A program made the position numbers and the translations under genes. The notes under the pieces were generated by a model that ran no database searches, had not been told where the DNA came from, and saw only the letters and a program-made list of their open reading frames with translations. Shown one piece after another: positions 27,709 through 36,374 of a stretch of DNA of 64,000 nt; position 1 is the first letter of the stretch; each line of letters begins with the position of its first letter. The stretch covers positions 6,912,001 to 6,976,000 of the forward strand of contig OZ245838.1 in the NCBI GenBank assembly GCA_965228735.1, written 5' to 3'. Source of the DNA: Planctomycetota bacterium. GTDB lineage: Bacteria; Planctomycetota; UBA1135; UBA2386.

Positions 27709-28206
27709 ATGACCGAAGAACACGACGACGACATCGACAACCCCGACGACCGCTCGCAGATGAGCGTCACCGAGCGACTGGCGAAGCTCGAGTCCGAGCG
27801 TGTCCTCGCGCGACTCGAGCGCGATCACCAACTCGGCGGCGAGCACGCGCAGGAAGTCCTCGACATCGTCGCGTCCAGCGGCGGAACCATCAGTGAGGGC
27901 GAGGCCGTCCGCGTAGTCGAGGAGCGGCACGCGCTCGGCTCCGTTCGACCAATGCACAGCCACGGGCAGATGCGCGCGCAGTCTCGGGGTGGTCCTCGCC
28001 CTCGGCAGAGCCCGCGAGCGGCGCAGCGGGAGCGACTGGCAGCGATCCGCGAACTTGCCCAGCGCGACAAGCGAGCAGCAGCGGCCGAGGCCAGGCTCGA
28101 GCACGGCTCCATGTTGGCCTCCGCAATGAACTGGTCGCATGGCGCGAGCGAGGGACGAGACGCGGGGACGATTCGGTCCCGCCACGGCCTCGTCGCGCAG
28201 CAGTGA
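27709..28206 (+). CDS. Hypothetical helical protein with acidic N-terminus
   Basis: AGGAG RBS; MTEEHDDDIDNPDD followed by predicted helices. Confidence 0.6.
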   Translation: MTEEHDDDIDNPDDRSQMSVTERLAKLESERVLARLERDHQLGGEHAQEVLDIVASSGGTISEGEAVRVVEERHALGSVRPMHSHGQMRAQSRGGPRPRQSPRAAQRERLAAIRELAQRDKRAAAAEARLEHGSMLASAMNWSHGASEGRDAGTIRSRHGLVAQQ

Positions 28207-28216
28207 CCGCGCAAAC

Positions 28217-28625
28217 GGCATCCCCGGAGTCCCGGAGGGGCACCTGGTTCCATCAGGGCCGGGGGTGCTGTTCGCGATGCGCACGGCGACTCGCGGGCAA
28301 CCCCGACCTCGAGCCGGAGTCCCAGCGCGGCGGAGCTCCCCCCGGGTATGGGGGGGCGACCGCTCCGCCCTTCCCCGCGGCCGACCGGCAGGCTCGCCGC
28401 CTGGTGCCCAGGACGCACTCCTGGCAGCGGCTCCCTCGCACGAACTCGCGAGGGGCCTGCCATGGGTCGCCCAACGAGATCGGCGCTCAGAACGCCTCTG
28501 GCGCTGTGCGTCCACGGCCCCGCTTGGACACAATGGCTGGACACAGCGCCTCTCGGCGCCTGCCCGGCACCTCGACGATGACCTGACCGGCTCGCCAGCC
28601 CTGCAACCATCGGGCTTGCAGCCGA
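28217..28625 (+). ncRNA. Candidate structured RNA or cis-acting site inside the element
   Basis: Consecutive nested stems, including multiway junctions; G-U pairs favour the + strand. Confidence 0.35.
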
Positions 28626-28658
28626 CCACCTGAACCGACGACCGTCTGCTACAGAGCC

Positions 28659-29432
28659 ATGGCCATCCGCTTCCGTGAACGTGCCCGAGGCCACTGGCTC
28701 GACCGAGCCCGGCCGCAGCCTGCGCCGTCGTGGCGCGCGCCGGCCGCCTACATCTTCCCGGGCGAGACCGACAGCGCCGGCAACGTGCTGAAGCCGCTCG
28801 CTGCGCCCGCGGCGCCAACCGTCCCGGAATCTTCGGCTGATGGCGTCGGCCTTTCGGCCACAGCCGCCCCAGCCCTCACATGGCGAGCGCTGGAACGCCA
28901 TCCGGAGGGTGAACAGTCGGGCAGCAACCGCGAGCGGACAGGGGGTCGCAAGAGACCACGCGAACCGCGGTCCGGGAGCAACCGGCCACTGCGCCCGATA
29001 CCCACCGATCCGGTGCGGATCGATTGCGTTCTGCGGACGCTCCAGGGGCAGACGGTCCGCGCATCCAAGTGGCACCGGCTGCGGTCGCGGGCGTTGTTGG
29101 CGGCGTGCGTGTCGGCGAGCCCGTCGACGACGTTTGCGGCCCTAACGCGGATGACGCACCAGCAGGTCAGGAGCGAGCTTCGTGCGCCGCGCGAGGGCTG
29201 GCGCTGGATTCGCGGGTGGTTGGCCCTTCGCGCGCAGGCGCTGGGTGCGGCGGCTGAGTCGTCGCCGTGGACGTCGTTCCCGCCGCTCTCGGCCGGCAAC
29301 TATCGCAAGCTGGCCGAGGGCTTGGTGCGGCTGCTTGAGTCGTCGAAGGTGCCGGCGTGGCGCCCGTCCGCGCTGCTGCTCGCGACCTGGGGCGGGCTGA
29401 CGATCTACTCGCACTCCGAGGTCTCGCGATGA
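28659..29432 (+). CDS. Hypothetical protein (start uncertain)
   Basis: 257-codon ORF, ATGA-coupled to the next gene; the N-terminal half is low complexity. Confidence 0.4.
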   Translation: MAIRFRERARGHWLDRARPQPAPSWRAPAAYIFPGETDSAGNVLKPLAAPAAPTVPESSADGVGLSATAAPALTWRALERHPEGEQSGSNRERTGGRKRPREPRSGSNRPLRPIPTDPVRIDCVLRTLQGQTVRASKWHRLRSRALLAACVSASPSTTFAALTRMTHQQVRSELRAPREGWRWIRGWLALRAQALGAAAESSPWTSFPPLSAGNYRKLAEGLVRLLESSKVPAWRPSALLLATWGGLTIYSHSEVSR

Positions 29433-29653
29433 CGGCGGCTGGCGTTCCGTATCACCGGGCCGACCCGAAGGCCGAGAAGGCCGGCCCGAGCTTCGCGCGT
29501 GAGTTGCGGGAACTCGAACTGCGATACCGCGACGAATCGGTCCGGCTGCTCGAGGAGTCCAAGCGGTTGGCGGCGGAGGCTGTGGACGCAAAGAGGTCCG
29601 CCGAATCGTGCGCCACATGGCGTCGAAGCCTGGGGACCGAGCCCGACGCTTGA
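29429..29653 (+). CDS. Small coiled-coil hypothetical protein
   Basis: GAGG RBS, ATGA overlap, FARELRELELRYRDESVRLLEESKRL. Confidence 0.5.
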   Translation: MTAAGVPYHRADPKAEKAGPSFARELRELELRYRDESVRLLEESKRLAAEAVDAKRSAESCATWRRSLGTEPDA

Positions 29654-29657
29654 GGGG

Positions 29658-30449
29658 CTACACCCGCAGGACCCAGTTCAGGTTCATGGAGAAGATCCAA
29701 CCGATTCCGAGCGCTCCCAGAGCGAACATCGCCGTGGCGACATGGAGAGCCACGGGGTTGTGCCTCCCAGCGGCATCGAAGACGGCCCAGAACACGGCGT
29801 CCCAATCGACCTCCTCCGTATCCCTATCCGCGAAGTCCGCCCACTGCTCACCGTTCTTGACGAGGCCGAACTCGTGGAACTTCTCCGGCAGCTTCTCCTC
29901 GCTCGGATACGAGAACAGGTAAAGCGACTGGGACGTGCCGATGCGTCGCCCGGCGGAAAAGCCGAGGGGTCGCCCGATCTGTTCCGGACCATGTGCGATG
30001 CGTTGCGCGTAGCGCATGAGGTGCTGGGGCTGCTTCCTCGACGCCTTGAACGAGCCCACGTCCGCATGGTCCTTGATGACCTCCGGACAGCGCCAGTCGA
30101 ACAGCAAGTGCGCCAACGTGAAAGCCACCGCGGTTCCGAACAGCACCTGCCATCGGAACGGCAACTGGAGGCTCTGCACGAAGTCAGCAGCCCACTCCGG
30201 TTCGGTCACCCGTTCCCGGAGTTCCAGCACGACTCGAGCGGCGATCGGAACGGCGCCGATCCAGATCATCGAGCTGCGAACGAGTCGGTTCTGCCCCCAT
30301 GCGCGTAGGCGCTGCCATTCGAGCCACGGTCGCTTCTCGGCGAGTGTCGCGTCTGGGTTGACCGGGTGCCGAACGATCGACTTCACGGCGTCACTGTAGC
30401 CATGGCTGGACACGGGGCCCAGTTGTGTCCACCGGGCATGCTCAGACAT
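29658..30449 (-). CDS. Cargo membrane protein (about 3 TM segments; start may be GTG 30386)
   Basis: Hydrophobic segments MIWIGAVPIAARVV, VLFGTAVAFTLAHLLF, VATAMFALGALGIGWIF; the only element gene on the minus strand. Confidence 0.65.
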   Translation of the reverse strand: MSEHARWTQLGPVSSHGYSDAVKSIVRHPVNPDATLAEKRPWLEWQRLRAWGQNRLVRSSMIWIGAVPIAARVVLELRERVTEPEWAADFVQSLQLPFRWQVLFGTAVAFTLAHLLFDWRCPEVIKDHADVGSFKASRKQPQHLMRYAQRIAHGPEQIGRPLGFSAGRRIGTSQSLYLFSYPSEEKLPEKFHEFGLVKNGEQWADFADRDTEEVDWDAVFWAVFDAAGRHNPVALHVATAMFALGALGIGWIFSMNLNWVLRV

Positions 30450-30567
30450 GCACACCCTTGCACGTCACCGGGCTTCTGGTAGGCTGAGAAGGTCGACCCG
30501 ACATCGCGGGTCTAGGTGCTGTTTCGAGACCGATTCCGAGGGTTTGACTCTCCGTGGCTGGCCGAGA

Positions 30568-30612
30568 TTTTGGTCCAGTCGGTTCCTGGTTCGAGTCCAG
30601 GCGGGGTAACCA
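30568..30612 (+). repeat. attR core (duplicated tRNA-Gln 3' portion)
   Basis: 45-bp identity to 22288-22332; the 5' half of the tRNA is absent here. Confidence 0.95.
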
Positions 30613-30706
30613 TTCGACGCTGACCCAGCGTTGCTGCGATCGCTGGCCGGTTGGTGTTCGGGTCGTTGTCGATCGTTCCCTCGGTGGCCATCCAATCGTC
30701 CCAGTT

Positions 30707-32467
30707 ATGCTGCCGGCGGTGGAGTCGCTCCGAAACGATGCGCTGGCGTGGCCTCGGTGGCGCGTTGTCGGGGCGATCATCGGCTGCCTCGTCGCTACGG
30801 CGGTGGTGTTCTGGCCGGCGCTGCGCGCCGAACTCGTCTACGACGACGAGTTGATCATTCGGCGCAACGCGGCGTTGCGCGACGCCGATTGGGTCGGGCT
30901 CATCACGGAACCGTTCTTCGTCGCGCAGGCCGGCTACTGGCGACCCGTGACGTCGATTGCGATGGCCGGTGCGTATGCCGCGGCTGGCGTCGTCGGCGTT
31001 CACCTGCTCGCGCTGTTGGCGCACGCGTTCACGGGGGCGGTCGTGTTCTTGCTCGGGCGACGGTGGCTCGCGTCGGAGCTCGGCGCCGGTGCGGCCGCCC
31101 TGGTGTTCTTGTGGCACCCGGTCCAGGTCGAGAGCGTTGCGTGGGCATCGGCAGTGAGTGGTTCGATCGCTGCGTCGTTCGGGCTGCTCGCCGTTCTGGC
31201 GCTCGGGCGCAGCGAAGAACGCGGCGCCGCCTGGCCGTGGCTGCCGGCCGGGCTCTGGTTGCTCGCGGTGCTCGCGAAGGAGAGCGCCGTGGCCCTGCTG
31301 CCGATCCTGTTCGCCGTTGCTCGATGGGGGCCGTCGCGCGAACGCGCCCGATCCTCACTCCGGCTGCTCGCGCTTCTCGGCGCTACGCTCGGCGTCTGGG
31401 TCGTCCTGCGTGTCGTCGTGCTCGCGCAACCGATCGGGGTCACGGGCGGCGACGGCACCGGCGCCGGCATCTGGCGCGAGGTCAGCGCGCCGGCCGAACT
31501 GCTCCTGCGGCACCTACAGTTGCTGCTCGTGCCGTGGCCGTTGACCCCGTTCCACCCCTTCTCGGCGACGATCTCCGTGAGCGGTGCGGTCGCGCTGTTG
31601 CTGGGTGCGATCGCGGTCGTCGCCGCGATCGTCGTCGGCTGGCGCGTTGGCGGTAGCCGCCTCGCGCCGCAGCGGGCGTTCGTCGTGCGCCTCGGGCTCC
31701 TCCTGGTCATCCTGCCGATCCTGCCGCACGCCGCGTCGTTTCGGGTGGTCGGCGCCTACCCGCTCGCGGAGCGCTACCTCTACGTGTCGACGGTCGGGTT
31801 CGCGCTGCTCGTCGCCGTGAGCCTGCGAGGGCGATGGCGGTGGCTGCTGTGGGGTGGTTGCGTGCTGGCTGCGGTCATGAGCAGCGCGCAGACCTGGGTC
31901 TGGCACGACCAGCGCGCGCTCGTGGAACACGGGCTGCGGCACGCTCCCGAGGATCCGCTGCTGCACGTCATGGCGGGCAACCTGGAACTCGTCGGCTGGC
32001 AGAACGGGGAGGAGCGCGCTCTGGGACGAGCCAGAGCCCACTTCTTCTCTGCCACGGATGCGGCGAAGGCCATGCCCGCGGACAACCAGAAGGCCAGGAA
32101 AGCGCGCGCCGATGCCGCGTTGGGTCTCGCATGGGGCTTGTTGTTCGACCAGCAACGGACCGGATCGGTGGATCCTGATCAGATCACCGGCGCGTTCGAA
32201 CGCGCGTTGGCCCGCGACGACCGCGTTGCCGCCGCGTGGGTCGGCATGGGCGTCGCGCACGAGGTCGCCGGCCGCGCGGATGCCGCCGAGTCGGCGTGGC
32301 GCCAGGCCGTCGAGCTCTTCCCGCGATGCGCGGAGGCCTGGTTCTATCTCGGTCGATTGCAGGTGAACCGTGGTCAGATCAGTGCGGCGCGGAGCAGTCT
32401 CGAACGGGCCGTGACCGCGAATCCGGATCTCGCGCCCGCGAGAGTCCTGCTCGATCGATTGCGGTAG
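30707..32467 (+). CDS. TMTC-like GT-C membrane glycosyltransferase with C-terminal TPRs
   Basis: LVYDD...I.RN, YWRPV, HPVQVESVAW, LAKESA, AERYLY, many TM helices, TPRs. Confidence 0.85.
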   Translation: MLPAVESLRNDALAWPRWRVVGAIIGCLVATAVVFWPALRAELVYDDELIIRRNAALRDADWVGLITEPFFVAQAGYWRPVTSIAMAGAYAAAGVVGVHLLALLAHAFTGAVVFLLGRRWLASELGAGAAALVFLWHPVQVESVAWASAVSGSIAASFGLLAVLALGRSEERGAAWPWLPAGLWLLAVLAKESAVALLPILFAVARWGPSRERARSSLRLLALLGATLGVWVVLRVVVLAQPIGVTGGDGTGAGIWREVSAPAELLLRHLQLLLVPWPLTPFHPFSATISVSGAVALLLGAIAVVAAIVVGWRVGGSRLAPQRAFVVRLGLLLVILPILPHAASFRVVGAYPLAERYLYVSTVGFALLVAVSLRGRWRWLLWGGCVLAAVMSSAQTWVWHDQRALVEHGLRHAPEDPLLHVMAGNLELVGWQNGEERALGRARAHFFSATDAAKAMPADNQKARKARADAALGLAWGLLFDQQRTGSVDPDQITGAFERALARDDRVAAAWVGMGVAHEVAGRADAAESAWRQAVELFPRCAEAWFYLGRLQVNRGQISAARSSLERAVTANPDLAPARVLLDRLR

Positions 32468-32541
32468 CAGCGGGTGGCCCGATACTCGCGCAACCGCCCG
32501 GAGGGCTGGCGGCGCCGATCCGAATGCCGCACCATCGGGGC

Positions 32542-33483
32542 ATGCCCAGTTGCCGTCACCGCGCTCGCCTCTTCGCCGCCGCGATTCTCGTGACGCCGGC
32601 GTTGTCCATCGGCGCGCAGAGTCTCGCCGATCTCGCGCGGAGCAAGGACGCGATCCAGTCGGCGTCGGTGAGCATCGATCTGCTCGTCGCGAAGACGCAA
32701 GAGCTGCAGCAGCAGATCGACGTGACGTTGAAGGCGCTCGAACAGAGCAAGAAGGACGTCGAACGGGTGCAAAACACGCCGGCCGCCACCGAGATCGGTG
32801 CGCTGGCGCATGCCGTCGAGCAGCTGCAGAAGCGCCTCGCCGAGCAAGTGGCGACGATCACCCGGATCCAGCGCGACGGCGCGGGCGCGAAGGGGGATCC
32901 GGTCGGCGCGACGATGAAGGCGATCGACGAAGCGCTCGCGGGCGACGATGCCGCGGCGCAGGCGAAGCGGTTGCGGCGGCTGGCGCGCGAGGTCGAGGAC
33001 GAACGCGGTCGCGCGCTGGTGCACTATCACGTGGGGGAGGCGCATCGCCGGATCGCGGAGGTCGAGCAGAGCCGCGGGCGCGTGCAGCAGGCGCTCGGTG
33101 AACTCAAGCGGGCGGCCGACCACTACGAGAAGTCGGCGGCGTGCGATGAGGATCTCGACAGCGCGGTCGGCACGTCGCTGCTCGGTTCGGCGCGTTGCCG
33201 GCTCGTTCAGGTCGAGAGCGCGATGTGCCGGGCCTATTGGGACAGCTTCAAGCGATCGGGCAATCGCACGGCGCGATCGCACGCGAACCGGCTGCGCCGG
33301 TCGGTGAGCGAGCACTTCGCGGTCCTCGAGGAACGGCATCTCGAGGACTGGCTCGACGAGAAGGAGAACGTCGTCCACACCGCCTACGCGGACGTTCACC
33401 GGTTGGCGAACGAGCTCGGGGTGCAGGCCCCGCCGGTCCCGCCGCGGCCGACCGAGCCGCCGCCTCGGAAGAAGCAGCGCTGA
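32542..33483 (+). CDS. Secreted coiled-coil/TPR-like hypothetical protein
   Basis: Signal peptide ending IGAQ; long heptad-repeat region. Confidence 0.65.
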   Translation: MPSCRHRARLFAAAILVTPALSIGAQSLADLARSKDAIQSASVSIDLLVAKTQELQQQIDVTLKALEQSKKDVERVQNTPAATEIGALAHAVEQLQKRLAEQVATITRIQRDGAGAKGDPVGATMKAIDEALAGDDAAAQAKRLRRLAREVEDERGRALVHYHVGEAHRRIAEVEQSRGRVQQALGELKRAADHYEKSAACDEDLDSAVGTSLLGSARCRLVQVESAMCRAYWDSFKRSGNRTARSHANRLRRSVSEHFAVLEERHLEDWLDEKENVVHTAYADVHRLANELGVQAPPVPPRPTEPPPRKKQR

Positions 33484-33509
33484 GTCGAGCGGAACCCGGC
33501 GCCACCCCC

Positions 33510-33540
33510 TTGACATCAAAACCTAATCATTTAAGCTTAA
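33510..33540 (+). promoter_or_regulatory. Sigma70-type promoter with overlapping AT-rich palindrome (likely BlaI-family operator)
   Basis: TTGACA (33510)-16 bp-TAAGCT; palindrome TTAAGCTTAA at 33531-33540; no RBS before ATG 33548, so possibly leaderless. Confidence 0.55.
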
Positions 33541-33547
33541 GGCATAC

Positions 33548-33928
33548 ATGGAGCCGACCGAACGCGAGCTGCAGATCCTCAAGGTCCTCTGGGAACGTGG
33601 GGAGGCGACCGTGCGCGACGTCTACGAGGCGTTGCGTGAGGAGCTGCCGATCGTGCAGAACACGGTCCAGACCTTCCTCCGCATCATGGAAGGCAAGGGT
33701 TTCGTCGAGCACCGCAAGGAGGGGCGGTCGTTCGTCTACCGGCCGTTGCGCCGGCGTGAGCGCACGAGCCGCGAGGTGCTGTCCGGCGTGCTCGAGGACT
33801 TATTCGACGGCGCGCTCGACGCGCTCGTGACGAGCGCGTTCAAGGTCAAGAAGCCGACGGCTGCCGAACTCGACAAGCTGCGCGAACTGCTCGGCGAACA
33901 CGAACGCCGCCGGAGGAAGAAGTCGTGA
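33548..33928 (+). CDS. BlaI/MecI/CopY family repressor
   Basis: PTERELQILKVLWERGEATVRDV, NTVQTFLRIMEGKG. Confidence 0.93.
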   Translation: MEPTERELQILKVLWERGEATVRDVYEALREELPIVQNTVQTFLRIMEGKGFVEHRKEGRSFVYRPLRRRERTSREVLSGVLEDLFDGALDALVTSAFKVKKPTAAELDKLRELLGEHERRRRKKS

Positions 33929-36174
33929 ACGTCGTCGCCGAACTGGCCGAGATCGTGCGCGATCACGGCGTCACGGTGCTGGTCGGGAGCACGATCGTGC
34001 TCGGTGGGATCGCGGCCGTGGCCGCGGCGACGCGATCCGTCGTGGCGGAGCGGCAGCTGCTGCGGTGGGGGCTCGTCGCCGGTGGGCTCTATCTGCTGGT
34101 GGCGCTCGTGCCGCTGCCGCGGTGGTCGTTGCCCGACCCGTTCGGGACTCGGGACGGGGCGGGACCGGTGGTTCGGGTTGCGCTGCCGCCCGCCGCGTTC
34201 ACGGGCGACGTTGCGAACGCGGAGCGCGGTTCGCCGTCGCGCGACGACACCGTGACCTCCGAGCCCCTGCCTGCGCGTGAACCGCCGCGGCGTGAACTGC
34301 CCGCGCGTCAACCGCTCCCGCTCGAATCGTCCGCCACGCGGTCAACCGAGCCGCGAGCCCCATCGCGTGCGCCTGCGGCCGCGCCGGTCACGATCGCGGC
34401 CGCCGAAAAGCGCGGGAGCGCCGCGTTCGACGTTGCCGAATGGCTCGCGATCACACTCCTGATCGGCAGTGGCCTCGTGGCATTGCACGCGGGTCTCGGC
34501 TGGTGGCGACTGCGCCGTCTGCTGGCCCGTTGCCGACGCGCGCCCGCGTCGCTGATCGAAGCGCTCGACACGGCCTTGCCGCGCGGCACGCGGCTCTGGG
34601 TCGCGGATGGCCCTGTGCGACCGTTCTGCGTCGGGGTCCTGCGACGGCACGTCGTCGTGCCGCCCGAGCTGGCCAGGCCGACCGCGGCCGCGCGGTTCGT
34701 GCTGCGGCACGAGCTCGCGCACGTCAGCACCGGCGACACGCGCTGGTGCGCGCTCGAGTCGCTGCTGCGGCCGGTCCTGTGCTGGCAGCCGCTGTTCTGG
34801 TGGCTGCGCGCGCGGCTGCGTTTCTGCGACGAACTGCTCGCCGACGACGCCGCCGCGAGCGGCGACGCGTCGGGTTACGTGCGCGCGATGCTCGCGCTGT
34901 CGTGCGGCGATCGCCAGCCGGTTCGCGGCGCGCAGGCCGCGTTCGTGTTCCAACGTCCAACCGAACTCTATCGGAGGTGTCAGATGATCCTGCAACGAGA
35001 GAACGTCCTGAAGAAGTCGATGTCCGTATCCCGTCGTGCCGGGCAAGCACTCGGGGTGAGCGCGCTGCTCGCGGTTGCCGCCGCGAGCTTCGGTGTCGAG
35101 CGCGTCGTCGCGCAGGATCCGGGGGCCGCGCGCGAACTGCGGGCCGAGGTCAACCGGCTGCGGGCCGAGAACGAGAAGCTGCGCGAGCTGCTGGAGAACG
35201 CCGTCACGAAGGCGGACCCCGAGGGCTCCGGTGATGCGCGCGGAGCGCTGTGGCAGCTCGTTCATGGGGGCGCGATCTCGAGCGCGGCGGCCGACCTGCT
35301 GGCGAGTGCGGCGCGCGACGACCTGCTGGCCCATTCCGCGGCCGACGAACTGCTCGCGGGCGCGATGTCCGAAGCGGTCAAGCTCGTGCGCTACACCGTC
35401 AAGGAGGGGGACACTCTCGCGAGCATCGCGCGGACGTTCTACGCCGATGAAGCCGGCCTCGACCGCATCCGCCGACTCAACCCGGGGCTCGACCCGCGTC
35501 AGCTCGTCGTCGGCACGGCGATCGTCGTCGCCGCGGACCCCGAGTCGTCGCCGGGCGACCCCGCCGCGAGCGGGGAGTCGCCTGCGGATCCCGGCGAACG
35601 CGTGACTTACCGGGTAAGAAAGGGCGACAGCCTGCATCGGATCGCGAACCAGTTCTTCAGGAATCGGGACGGCGTCGATCGGCTGCGCCGACTCAACCCC
35701 GGACTCGATCCCGATCGTCTGCGGGTCGGTCAGGTGATCGTGATCGCCGGCGACCCTGCCACCGTCGCCGAGAGCGAGGTTCCGCCCGGCGCGATCGATC
35801 CGACGCAGCCGCGTCCCGAGCCCGCTGGGTCACTCGGGTCGACCCGCGGTCGTTCCCTCGACGACGTCGCGCGCGTCGTGACTCGCTGCATCGAACTGCG
35901 CGGCGAGGTCCGCATCGCCGAGATCGAGCTCGCGCGCGCGGAGCGCGGCAAGCAGAACGGTGTCGTCGACCCGTTCGATCTCGAGATCGCGCGCATCCGG
36001 CTGGAGACGTCCAAGGCCCAGCTCGACGCGATCACGAACATGCTCGAGACGGAACTCGAGGCCGCGCAGGCGGAGCTGCAGCGTTTGCAGGCGCTCGCCA
36101 ACGCCGGTGCGATCGGCAGGCACGAGGTCGCCGAGGTCAGCTCGTTCGTGCAGGTGCTGCTCGGCGTGTTCTGA
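33925..36174 (+). CDS. BlaR1/M56 membrane peptidase with two LysM domains and a coiled-coil tail
   Basis: HELAH, ELLADD; LysM YTVKEGDTLASIA...NPGLDPRQL.VG and YRVRKGDSLHRIA...NPGLDPDRLRVGQ. Confidence 0.88.
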   Translation: MNVVAELAEIVRDHGVTVLVGSTIVLGGIAAVAAATRSVVAERQLLRWGLVAGGLYLLVALVPLPRWSLPDPFGTRDGAGPVVRVALPPAAFTGDVANAERGSPSRDDTVTSEPLPAREPPRRELPARQPLPLESSATRSTEPRAPSRAPAAAPVTIAAAEKRGSAAFDVAEWLAITLLIGSGLVALHAGLGWWRLRRLLARCRRAPASLIEALDTALPRGTRLWVADGPVRPFCVGVLRRHVVVPPELARPTAAARFVLRHELAHVSTGDTRWCALESLLRPVLCWQPLFWWLRARLRFCDELLADDAAASGDASGYVRAMLALSCGDRQPVRGAQAAFVFQRPTELYRRCQMILQRENVLKKSMSVSRRAGQALGVSALLAVAAASFGVERVVAQDPGAARELRAEVNRLRAENEKLRELLENAVTKADPEGSGDARGALWQLVHGGAISSAAADLLASAARDDLLAHSAADELLAGAMSEAVKLVRYTVKEGDTLASIARTFYADEAGLDRIRRLNPGLDPRQLVVGTAIVVAADPESSPGDPAASGESPADPGERVTYRVRKGDSLHRIANQFFRNRDGVDRLRRLNPGLDPDRLRVGQVIVIAGDPATVAESEVPPGAIDPTQPRPEPAGSLGSTRGRSLDDVARVVTRCIELRGEVRIAEIELARAERGKQNGVVDPFDLEIARIRLETSKAQLDAITNMLETELEAAQAELQRLQALANAGAIGRHEVAEVSSFVQVLLGVF

Positions 36175-36299
36175 TCGCGTTTGGCGGCGACCTCGAACCA
36201 GAAGGTCAAACCGGGCTTGCGAATTGCCCGCCGGCCGCTACGGTTCTCGTTCCGAAAACGCCGATATCGTCGGCGGACGCGGCTCCAGACGAGCTCCAC

Positions 36300-36373
36300 T
36301 GCCCCGTGGTGTAACGGTAGCACAACAGATTCTGGTTCTGTTTGTCAAGGTTCGAATCCTTGCGGGGTAACCA
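36300..36373 (+). tRNA. tRNA-Gln (CTG)
   Basis: Acceptor TGCCCCG/CGGGGTA, anticodon arm ACAGA-TTCTGGT-TCTGT, T arm CAAGG-TTCGAAT-CCTTG, CCA. Confidence 0.95.
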
Positions 36374-36374
36374 C

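Larger units (their letters stand above)
22288..30612. mobile_element. tRNA-Gln-integrated element, 8280 bp between att repeats (satellite/IME-like)
   Basis: Identical 45-bp direct repeats at both ends, tyrosine integrase next to the tRNA, Xis-like and Rep-like genes. Confidence 0.92.

Noticed and set aside
28203..28586. 127-aa ORF coupled by GTGA to the upstream gene
   Set aside because: Pro/Arg/Gly-rich with no motif or RBS, and coincides with dense hairpins and the arm-site copy; not called as a CDS.
30568..30612. A second tRNA-Gln(TTG) gene
   Set aside because: Only the 3' 45 nt are present, with no D arm or 5' acceptor strand; this is attR.
30612..36373. A tandem island between attR and tRNA-Gln(CTG), which share GCGGGGTAACCA
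   Set aside because: 36300-36373 is a complete isoacceptor tRNA; the shared 12 nt reflect tRNA homology; there is no integrase and the genes between look chromosomal.
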